A stretch of 64,000 bases of DNA. It comes from Oculina patagonica (Eukaryota). Below are positions 37,201 to 49,200 of this stretch, in pieces (within the stretch, counting starts at the first letter, position 1; each line of letters opens with the position of its first letter). Location: NCBI RefSeq assembly GCF_052425735.1, contig NC_135760.1, positions 29,388,001-29,452,000 of the forward strand, read 5' to 3'. The position numbers were made by a program, and so were the translations under genes. Below the pieces are notes generated by a model, which was not told where the DNA came from, did no database searches, and saw only the letters and a program-made list of their open reading frames with translations.

Positions 37201-40200
37201 TTACTTTAACTTTAGGTTGTAGTTTTGCTTCTTGTAGCCACTTTCTTCTTTGATTGTGATCCAGCTGATGAACATTAGTAAGATGGTTAGATAATTTCAC
37301 GAGATATTTTGCTCCACATCCCGGAACCGGACAGTCTCGGCAAACTCTTCTAACCATGTTAACGGCATGAAATATTGACGCAAATGAGAGAGTTTTGTTA
37401 ATATCCTTGTGTTATATAGACGCTACTGAAGGTCAAAAAGGACAAAATGAGGTCAAAAAGGACAAAATAAGGACAACAAGGACAAAACAAGGACTAAAAG
37501 GACAAAAGGAGACACGAGGGACATTTAAGCTATATGTTTCGCTGCAAACGCGCGTGGAGAACGCGCGTGGAGAGACGCGTGCATGACATTCAATAAAAGT
37601 TTTTTTTCTTATCTACGTAACTGATCACTGATAAAAAACCAAAATAATTAATAATTTAATGATAAAGGAAATCTCAAATTCCCGTTTAATGTATATTCCC
37701 AGGAAAGATAGCAATATGTCTACTGTTCTTGTTTTTCTTTCGCTCATATTAGCGTATTCCAACGCCTGCTTAGAGGGAAAATGTCGGTGCTATGAAGCGT
37801 TGGAGCTTATCGACTGTTCTCACATTGGTCTGTATTCGATGCCACATGCAAAGTCTATCATGGTAAACTACACTTCAATTTTACTGCGTGGTAACAATCT
37901 TCGAAACCTCAATCTAACCGCTATTTTGGAAGTGTTCCCGCGACTTGTACTTCTTGATTTGAGAGAAAACAATAAGCTATTATGCGATGATTTACAACAA
38001 TTCCACAACTTTAAGCCGATTATTATAATAACAAAGGCGCTCTAGGCAATTACTACAGCATGTGGAGATGGAATTGACAATGTTAAGCACTGATCATGAT
38101 GAGGAGATCATTTTCTCTCGCACAACGGAGATGTGGATCACTCTTGGAGCTTATGCAATCACACACAAATGTAATTAACGAAATCGTATTTCAATAAACA
38201 ATGAAACGGAAACAACAGTCTCTGTCATGTTTGTGTTCCAGAAACAAAACCGAACAAAACCTTTATCTGTGAACTACATATTCACATCTCCGTTGTGCGA
38301 GAGATGTGAATATGTAGTTCACAGATAAAGGTTTTGTTCGGTTTTGTTTCTGGAACACAAACATGACAGAGACTGTTGTTTCCGTTTCATTGTTTATTGA
38401 AATACGATTTCGTTAATTACATTTGTGTGTGATTGCATAAGCTCCAAGAGTGATCCACATCTCCGTTGTGCGAGAGAAAATGATCTCCTCATCATGATCA
38501 GTGCTTAACATTGTCAATTCCATCTCCACATGCTGTAGTAATTGCCTAGAGCGCCTTTGTTATTATAATAATCGGCTTAAAGTTGTGGAATTGTTGTAAA
38601 TCATCGCATAATAGCTTATTGTTTTCTCTCAAATCAAGAAGTACAAGTCGCGGGAACACTTCCAAAATAGCGGTTAGATTGAGGTTTCGAAGATTGTTAC
38701 CACGCAGTAAAATTGAAGTGTAGTTTACCATGATAGACTTTGCATGTGGCATCGAATACAGACCAATGTGAGAACAGTCGATAAGCTCCAACGCTTCATA
38801 GCACCGACATTTTCCCTCTAAGCAGGCGTTGGAATACGCTAATATGAGCGAAAGAAAAACAAGAACAGTAGACATATTGCTATCTTTCCTGGGAATATAC
38901 ATTAAACGGGAATTTGAGATTTCCTTTATCATTAAATTATTAATTATTTTGGTTTTTTATCAGTGATCAGTTACGTAGATAAGAAAAAAACTTTTATTGA
39001 ATGTCATGCACGCGCTCTCTCCACGCGCGTTCTCCACGCGCGTTTGCAGCGAAACATATAGCTTAAATGTCCCTCGTGTCTCCTTTTGTCCTTTTAGTCC
39101 TTGTTTTGTCCTTGTTGTCCTTATTTTGTCCTTTTTGACCTCATTTTGTCCTTTTTGACCTTCAGTAGCGTCTATATAACACAAGGATATTAACAAAACT
39201 CTCTCATTTGCGTCAATATTTCATGCCGTTAACATGGTTAGAAGAGTTTGCCGAGACTGTCCGGTTCCGGGATGTGGAGCAAAATATCTCGTGAAATTAT
39301 CTAACCATCTTACTAATGTTCATCAGCTGGATCACAATCAAAGAAGAAAGTGGCTACAAGAAGCAAAACTACAACCTAAAGTTAAAGTAATCATCTATCA
39401 AAACACTGAGAACAGCCAAAAACTTAAAGCGTGTACCATACCTCCGTCTATTCAACAACAAGGCATTGACATTAACTACCAGTTATCCACACCAAGAAAA
39501 TCAAAGGATTTATTGAAAAACAGAAGTAAAAGCATTCGAAAAACAGACAAGACTAGCAAACGGTCTAAAATAACAACACTTCAACATCCACGGTGGCTTT
39601 CTCTGTAATGTTTTTGCATAAACATTTGCTGTTGGATGACACGGACATATAGGTTTAAGTCTGTTTTTGCAATCTTTGTTTAAAAGAATGTAATGTCAAC
39701 GGCTATTGTATAAATAACAGTGTATTAAAAGAGGAAATTAAGTGATTTTCTTCAGTTTATTTCCTTTAAAAAACTCTTATTATTTACTTCATAAAAATTC
39801 ATTAAACTTTTCCAGAATTAGGGGTTTCGCTTAACACAAAGGCATTACTAACATGCTTTTCCCAAGGGTTATTATCGGAGCGAAAAATTCACACTCAAAC
39901 CTGTCAACAGTTCATTTACATTTCTTTAAAGTAAACTTTCTTACTGTCAAAACTTTCTAAAAGTTTTCCATTTCAAAATTTCTTATTACGTTAAGTTCAT
40001 AAGATCAATAAATCATTTAACCAGTTGAGTGACAAAGAGCAACCAAGAAAATCAAATAGCAATTATTACAAACAGCAAAAAATTCGTAGCGGCCAATACG
40101 GCAATACTACATTGGCAATATGGAGTTATTGAGCAGTTACGAGTAAAATAAATTGTAAGACCAGCTCAGTGAACCGATTTTGTGAAAAAAATTTGATCAA

Positions 40201-43200
40201 TGTACAACTTTTTTGACTTGTAAACCTATGTTTCACATGTTTGGTTTTATCTTAATTCAAACGGTAGAGAACGCGTATGAGCATTTAAGCGAATTACGGT
40301 ATAAACTTGGTGGAGTTTGCTTAAGAAATTAGCATCTATAGGCGTTTATATAGACAAGTTGCGCACCGCGAGACACAAGAAGGAACAAACAGGTTTTTTC
40401 TCTTTTAAAATACGTTTATTGATTATTAAAAACATTGACAGAGGTGTCACCAGAAAAGATTAACAGGCACAGTTCACTTAGTGTTCGGGAACAGTTTGTT
40501 TGACAAACAACCGATTGAGTAAGAATTTTCGCTTATCGATAGCGAGTTCTGTCGATTCTAACCAATCATATCCCTCTGTATCTTTCAATTCATTTTTGGT
40601 CTCTATCACTTTACGGAAGGTCGAATCTTTCTTCATTGCATGCATCCACTGTAAATACTCCAAAAGAACTTTTCTCAGCTCCTTCCTGTATACTGGTAGC
40701 AGAGCATTTTCAGCCTTAACACGGGCCACTTCAGACACATCTCCATGTTGTTCATACTCGTTTATCAGAGTTTCGAGCTTGGCTTCGTGACGACTAGTGA
40801 CTTCATCTTGAATGCGCGACCAGGGATCTATATGCTCCATTTGTTCTTGGGAAGAGTCTATTTCTTCGCTCGATTGAGAATCTTGACTAAATGACTGTTC
40901 ACTTTCCTGTGAGCTCTCATCATCGCTTTCATCTCCACTGTCATCGGGTAATATGATATTTCCATAACCCTCTTGAAAGAATTGATTATAACTGCTGTAC
41001 ATTGTGATCTGAACGGTGTAAACTCTGAGAATAGACTGAACTACAAGCAGCTTCTTTTATGGCTATTGGTCAAGGCGGGGTTACCCTCCGATATGATGTA
41101 ATTTTTATTTTTAGATTACACCCTAATGACGTAATTTTTCAATTTTTAGATTACACCCGATGATGTAATTTTTCTATTTTTAGATTACAACCGATGATGT
41201 AATTTTTCTATTTTTAGATTGCACCCCATTTTATGACGTCATTTACGCCCCATTTTTGATGACGTCACTTACGCACTATGACGTCACCTACTTAATTATT
41301 CCTGCCCAATTCCTGCCCATGGGAACGGCTAATTCGGTCCTTTCCTCACTACTATCGGACATTTGGCTCATGCAGGTTTTTATCGTTTTATTGGCTAGTT
41401 TTGCCGTTTAGAGAAAGGACGAATTTTATACGATCTAGATAAAACATATAATTTTATTGTATTTACATATTTTCAACACACAAAATTATATTCCTTTCCA
41501 ATCTCAGCCTCGGGTTTATTCTTAAAATATTCTTAAAATTTCGCAAAGAAAAAAAAAGGTGCAGGTTTGCCTCCAATTCGCGTTAATTTAATAAGGAAAG
41601 CAATCAACAGCAAACACTAAAAATTATGGCAAATAACACTAAACACTAAACCCCATTCAGACTCTCACATTACTATGGCCTTGCAGAAATGCTATGCCGT
41701 CATGAACAAAAAACATCAATATATTACATCCATTTACACAAAAATAGCGATAAACGATGATAATAACTGCAGACTATGGTAGGGTATCACTCATCATGAA
41801 GGAAAAAACTACCCTGACTTGTCACTGACCACAATGGCAAGTGTTGAACTTGCCGTGAATGTGCCACAGTAAAGTGTATCAAATTTATTTTGAAGACCGC
41901 GAGTTTTCTTCTGATCATTACTTAATTCTTATTTCTACAATAAAATATTGCTGATACCAAATCAAGTTTTCAAAACTAGGAGGCACCCAAAAAATTAACA
42001 TTTTTCCACTCTCTAACTTACAAATGAAATATTTCAATTTACCAGAACACTTTTTTAATGAATTTGCCAACCCTACTTACAATACTAAAACGGAATGCAA
42101 TTTATTACAACACACTTCTTATTATACTTACCCAGCTACTTGTACTACAATACAGCTACCTTACTCCAATTACAATACTTATCATCGCTACTTACATCAT
42201 TTACAACACAATTACACAATTACATCTACAGTCACTTCCACTTCCGTACAATTTCGTTCCGTGCTGCGGATAATAATATAATTAACGCAGGATGAAATAG
42301 CTCACATTACATTTTATATGACTAAATTTAAATACTTTGTTTTAAAGAATAATTATTTGGCTACTCAGAGGAGTTACATAAAAAAACTTTGTAAACTCTC
42401 TGTATATTTTTCCTTTTAAGATTGTGGCTGTCTTCATGATTTTTTTATTTCTTTCTTTTGATGTTTTGAATTTACCAAAACACGCACAACTTTGCTACGG
42501 CCTAATAAGGCTCGTAAGCCTAATTGTTTAGTTAATTTTTATATATAAAATTTATGTATATTTTTGTACATTTTCCGATTACGATACCCAACTGAACTAG
42601 CTATGTTTTTTAGTAATGTCTCATTAGAATCGTTTCCTCAGAACACGGATGAACGTTAGGTGTTGTTGAGCTGGGTCTGTCTGGATACACAGTCCTATTC
42701 TTCTATCAGTACACTGTGGCAGCTCACTGGTGTCTTGCTGGAAAGCAAGACGGCGCTCTGGCATTACTTGATTCATAGCTCCAACTCGTCTGCTTCTGGG
42801 TTTCATTTGATCATCTCTCGCCTTCTGCTGCTGATTGGTAGCGTTTTGATGCTTTTCTGTGCTCGGTTTGTTGTCGCGTGGTTCATTTTGTTTTGACACT
42901 GTTAGTTGTTTGAGGTGTCTGCCACTTGTTCCACTCTTCACTGTGGTTTTTCTTCGTCTTGTTCCAGGATCTGCCAACGCATGGGGTGCTAAGCACTGCC
43001 TGTGAATCATACTGCCATCTTTCAACGCAATCCGTCCTCCACTTCTCTCGGTTTTCTCTTCAACATGGTTTGGACGCGCTACGGACTGTTTCGTTGTTAC
43101 CCTTTTGGCTTGCTGAGGTTTTCGTTGTTGGCCTTGCGGGTTTGTACATTGTGAGACTTGACGCTGTGTAGCTCTGTGGCAGTGGACATCAGTTTGTTTC

Positions 43201-46200
43201 ATCTTCTGGGGAAGAGCAACACGAACTAACTTGCTTGGTGACCGTGACTGCCGGGTTTGTCGTTCATTAACTGGTGGCAAATGCGTTGAATGCGATTTGG
43301 AATTACTGAAAGACGAAGGATTTTTATAGCCCTTCTTGAACGGAGGATTGGAGGCAACTTTCGGTGGTTCTTGCTCTTCAACAAGAAAGCGTCCATTTCT
43401 TCTTTGGTAAACTTCACACGACTCTCTCGTCGACAGTGGTTTGGATTTTCGACTCATTTTTGGGGTACGTTTGTTGTTGTACAATTGATGTTCTCTGTTC
43501 AGTTCTGTCAAGAGATTGTTAGTTCTAATGTGTTTTTCGTGGTTCCTATATATTCTCATTTGAACACAAGCACGTCACCTTCTTTGGTGTACGTGTCGCT
43601 TCTGACGTAACATCGCTCTCAATTGCACCATTATTCGCTAGTCTTTTTCGACGTGAGTCTTGTGTTTTCCTCGGTTACCGCATGGCAGCCAACTGTTTAG
43701 CAATTTACGCAAAAATAAACAGAAGCATTTCTTGTAACTAGGCAAGCGACCGAAATTTCACTAATATGTTTTTATACTGACGTCAGAAACATTTCGTTAC
43801 TTAAGGCGGCGCCTTTTACTTTTACCACATAGCAACCAAATATTTAATAACTTACGCAAGAAAATATACGAAAAATATTTACCGTTACTAAGCAATCAAT
43901 CAAAACGTCAGTTATGTTTTGTTATTGACGTCAGTAACTTCTCGTTACTTTGGCTTCGCCTTTTGCTTAAACCCCTGGAAACCAACTATTTAATTTCATA
44001 AAAGAAAAAACATTTACCGTCACCAGGTAACTGATCAATCCTTTAATTGTTCGCTCGATCTGGTTATTAATAAACGGTCGTCTTTTTATTTATTCACTCA
44101 CTGATCCATCCAACCACCCACCCGCCCGTCCGTCGACCTTTCGTTGATTGGATGGTTTGGATGGTTCGTATGTCCTCGTTCGTTCGTTCGTACGTTCGGT
44201 CGGTCGGTCTTTGGTTCTTTGCTTCGTCGGTCGGTCGGTCGGTTGGTTGGTTGGTTCGGTCGGTCGGTCGTTCTTTGCTTCGTTGGTTGGTTCGTTCTTT
44301 TTTGCGTTCGTCGATGGAGCTAGCCAGTCAGTAGTCATTCAGAGGATCAGTCCATCACTGTGTACTTACCCAATGATCTGCAGTGGTGTCCCTTTACGCC
44401 GCGTGTTTTTTACAGCAGCCGCTTTAACAACAGTGTCTTCAGTGATACTTGTTGTGGTGGCCGCAGGCAACAAAAAGAAATAGCTGGAAACCTTAGAAAT
44501 AAAAACAATGTGTAACCTTTTATACGGGTAAAGCGCGTTCATTGATTAAGGTTTTGCTGCAGAACATGCTTCAATGTTTGGGCGTAAAAAACAAACACAA
44601 CGACAAACAAATGGCAAAGAAACAACACCATACACAATACACACACAAACAGCAAAACTATGTTTTTATCATTACTGTTGCAAAGTAAGATTCTGGTTCC
44701 TTCCTCTCGCACAGGATCAATGTGGCCTCCCGATACACGAATTCAGTCTTATGAGTGAAAAAGGATAAAGGTACTACAGTATCTACACTGCAACTGCTCC
44801 CCTTGACCTCCCCTTGTACGTTGATGGAAAGTGTAACAGAAGCTACTGTTGAATAACTGACTGACTGATTGAAAAATCTGTGCTTCTTTATCTGTACGCA
44901 CTTCTACATGTAATCTATATTCAAATTGTTTATGGATGACGCCCATATTTAATTGTTTTGCCAACATTTTTCAAGTTAGCCGTTCGCAATTTGTTTCAAT
45001 ATTCCTCATTAATTGTGACTTAAGAGGTAACACTTCAAGTAGATAATAAAGATTTTACTAAATCTTACTATTTTCTCAAGTGATAAAGCCTTAGAGTTTA
45101 CATGACGTCTCTCCAGAGGCACCAATCGATCAACGTAGTTAGCCAGGAGCATGTCAGTAACATGCATTCGAAGCCACGTGGGACTACACGTCTCCAAAAA
45201 CCGCTTTAGTGTAACCTCGCTTTCATGGAGCCGGCCACAGGCCAGATACAGTTCGGTCACAAAGGTTCGCGAGCGTTCACTCAACCTGGTGGCCAGATCT
45301 TCTTCGGTACACTTCATGGAAACGAGGTCACAAAGAATGAAGCATTTAGCTGCCATAGCAACAACACTTTGAAGAGTTTGCAAGGCGGTAATCTGAAGAA
45401 ACAAAAGTATCAACTTTAGATGCATTTTCCCGGGTGAAACCTGGGTCAACCTTCTTGCCTTGTTATGGTTTAGGAACGTACACACCGACATATTATATTC
45501 GCGATAAAATGTTTACGCCAACTGCGAGCTTCGGCCAATTTACTTGGTGAAGCTTCTGAACGCCATTCGGGATTCGTTTATATTTTTGTATACAAAATTT
45601 TTACAAAGAAATCACTGATATCACACACCTAGAGCAGGAAGTTTGGCAAGCTGACACGGATTTTATTTCACAATTGCAAACATTTTGGGAAAAAGTAAGA
45701 AGATTGCCATTATTTGTCAGACTTCCACGCATTGTACAGTCCCCTATGCGGCTGTTATTAGGGTCGGGGAGGACAGTTGGGTTGGGTCGGGGAGAAGCGT
45801 TCAGTGAAGACCCAAATTACGGCTTGAGGAACCCTAGCCGTGATTGAAAATGGAATGATTTTGGCTTCTGATAGGTCGGAGATCAAAAGATGGGGCGTGA
45901 AGAGGAAAATCTCGTCAGATCTTTTGTAAATAAAACTAAATCTAGATAAAGTTTGGTTGCATACATATGTTCAAACTATAATTTAAGAATTTTTTAACTT
46001 AACATTACATACTATACCGTATTCAGACCATCTACACACAGATAAGCAATCCATCTTAACGACAAGCTCTCACGGCTTTGCTTTCTTTCCGATTAATGAG
46101 CACATCGGACATTTGGCTCATGCAGGTTTTTATCGTTTTATTGGCTAGTTTTGCCGTTTAGAGAAAGGAGAATTTTATCGATCTAGATAAAACATATAAT

Positions 46201-49200
46201 TTTATTGTATTTCATATTTTCAACACACAAAATTATATTCCTTTCCAATCTCAGCCTCGGTTTATTCTTAAAATATTCTTAAAATTTCGCAAAGAAAAAA
46301 AAAGGTGCAGGTTTGCCTCCAATTCGCGTTAATTTAATAAGGAAAGCAATCAACAGCAAACACTAAAAATTATGGCAAATAACACTAAACACTAAACCCC
46401 ATTCAGACTCTCACATTACTATGGCCTTGCAGAAATGCTATGCCGTCATGAACAAAAAACATCAATATATTACATCCATTTACACAAAAATAGCGATAAA
46501 CGATGATAATAACTGCAGACTATGGTAGGGTATCACTCATCATGAAGGAAAAAACTACCCTGACTTGTCACTGACCACAATGGAAGTGTTGAACTTGCCG
46601 TGAATGTGCCACAGTAAAGTGTATCAAATTTATTTTGAAGACCGCGAGTTTTTTCTGATCATTACTTAATTCTTATTTCTACAATAAAATATTGCTGATA
46701 CCAAATCAAGTTTTCAAAACTAGGAGGCACCCAAAAAATTAACATTTTTCCACTCTCTAACTACAAATGAAATTTTCAATTACCAGAACACTTTTTTAAT
46801 GAATTTGCCAACCCTACTTACAATACTAAAACGGAATGCAATTTATTACAACACACTTCTTATTATACTTACCCAGCTACTTGTACTACAATACAGCTAC
46901 CTTACTCCAATTACAATACTTATCATCGCTACTTACATCATTTACAACACAATTACACAATTACATCTACAGTCACTTCCACTTCCGTACAATTTCGTTC
47001 CTGCTCGGATAATAATATAATTAACGCAGGATGAAATAGCTCACATTCATTTTTGATAAATTTAAATACTTTTTTTAAGAATAATTTTCTACTCAGAGGA
47101 GTTACATAAAAAAATTTAAACTCTCTTTTTTTCCTTTTAAGATTTGGCTTCTTCATGTTTTTTTTTTCTTTCTTTTATTTTAATTTACCAAAACACGCAC
47201 AACTTTGCTACGGCCTAATAAGGCTCGTAAGCCTAATTTTTAGTTAATTTTTATATATAAAATTTATTATTTTTTTACATTTTCCGATTACGATACCCAA
47301 CTGAACTAGCTATTTTTTAGTAATGTCTCATTAGAATCGTTTCCTAGAACACGGATGAACGTTAGGTGTTGTTGAGCTGGGTCTTCTGGATACACAGTCT
47401 ATCTCTATAGTACACTTGGCAGCTCACTGGTTCTTGCTGGAAAGCAAGACGGCGCTCTGGCATTACTTGATTCATAGCTCCAACTCGTCTGCTTCTGGGT
47501 TTCATTTGATCATCTCTCGCCTTCTCTGCTGATTGGTAGCTTGATGCTTTTCTTCTCGGTTTTTGTCGCGTGGTTCATTTTGTTTTGACACTGTTAGTTG
47601 TTTGAGGTGTCTGCCACTTGTTCCACTCTTCACTGTGGTTTTTCTTCGTCTTGTTCCAGGATCTGCCAACGCATGGGGTGCTACACTGCCTGTGAATCAA
47701 CTGCCATCTTCCGCAATCCGTCCTCCACTTCTCTCGGTTTTCTCTTCAACATGGTTTGGACGCGCTACGGACTTTTCGTTGTTACCCTTTTGGCTTGCTG
47801 AGGTTTTCGTTGTTGGCCTTGCGGGTTTGTACATGTGAGACTTGACGCTGTGTAGCTCTGTGGAGTGACATCAGTTTTTTCATCTTCTGGGGAAGAGCAA
47901 CAGAACTAACTTGGTGACCGTGACTGCCGGGTTTGTCGTTCATTAACTGGTGGCAAATGCGTTGAATGCGATTTGAATTACTGAAAGACGAAGGATTTTA
48001 TAGCCCTTCTTGAACGGAGGATTGGAGGCAACTTTCGGTGGTTCTTGCTCTTCAACAAGAAAGCGTCCATTTCTTCTTTGTAAACTTCACACGACTCTCT
48101 CGTCGAAGTGGTTTGATTCGACTATTTTTGGGGTCGTTTTTTTGTACAATTGATGTTCTCTTTCAGTTCTGTCAAGAGATTGTTATTCTAATTGTTTTTC
48201 GTGTTCCTATATATTCTCATTTGAACACAAGCACGTCACCTTCTTTGGTGTACGTGTCGCTCTGACGTAACATCGCTCTCAATTGCACCATTATTCGCTA
48301 GTCTTTTTCGACGTGAGTCTTGTGTTTTCCTCGGTTACCGCATGGCAGCCAACTGTTTAGCAATTTACGCAAAAATAAACAGAAGCATTTCTTGTAACTA
48401 GGCAAGCGACCGAAATTTCACTAATATGTTTTTATACTGACGTCAGAAACATTTCGTTACTTAAGGCGGCGCCTTTTACTTTTACCACATAGCAACCAAA
48501 TATTTAATAACTTACGCAAGAAAATATACGAAAAATATTTACCGTTACTAACAATCAATCAAAACGTCAGTTATGTTTTGTTATTGACGTCAGTAACTTC
48601 TCGTTACTTTGGCTTCGCCTTTTGCTTAAACCCCTGGAAACCAACTATTTAATTTCATAAAAAGAAAAAACATTTACCGTCACCAGGTAACTGATCAATC
48701 CTTTAATTGTTCGCTCGATCTGGTTATTAATAAACGGTCGTCTTTTTATTTATTCACTCACTGATCCATCCAACCACCCACCCGCCCGTCCGTCGACCTT
48801 TCGTTGATTGGATGGTTTGGATGTTCGTATGTCCTCGTTCGTTCGTTCGTACGTTCGGTCGGTCGGTCTTTGTTCTTTGCTTCGTCGGTCGGTCGGTCGG
48901 TTGGTTGGTTGGTTCGGTCGGTCGTCGTTCTTGCTTCGTTGGTTGGTTCGTTCTTTTTTGCGTTCGTCGATGGAGCTAGCCAGTCAGTAGTCATCAGAGG
49001 ATCAGTCCATCACTGTGTACTACCCAATGATCTGCAGTGGTGTCCCTTTACGCCGCGTGTTTTTTACAGCAGCCGCTTTAACAACAGTGTCTTCAGTGAT
49101 ACTTGTTGTGGTGGCCGCAGGCAACAAAAAGAAATAGCTGGAAACCTTAGAAATAAAAACAATGTGTAACCTTTTATACGGGTAAAGCGCGTTCATTGAT

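Larger units (their letters stand above)
35238..41353. mobile_element. Non-autonomous Polinton/Maverick-like element forming a 6.1-kb fold-back palindrome
   Basis: Ends AGTAGTGAGG...CCTCACTACT; 6-bp TSD ATCGGA (35232-35237 and 41354-41359). Mirrored ORF coordinates sum to 76591; loop cgttgtgcga at 38291-38300. Confidence 0.85.

Noticed and set aside
43458-43559. 34-aa N-terminal extension of orphan copy 5
   Set aside because: Overlaps the TATA-like box and is out of frame or absent in the paralogues.
44090-44483. ORFs over the TCGG/TTGG repeats, the AAT run (19239) and the N gaps
   Set aside because: Low-complexity or gap artefacts.
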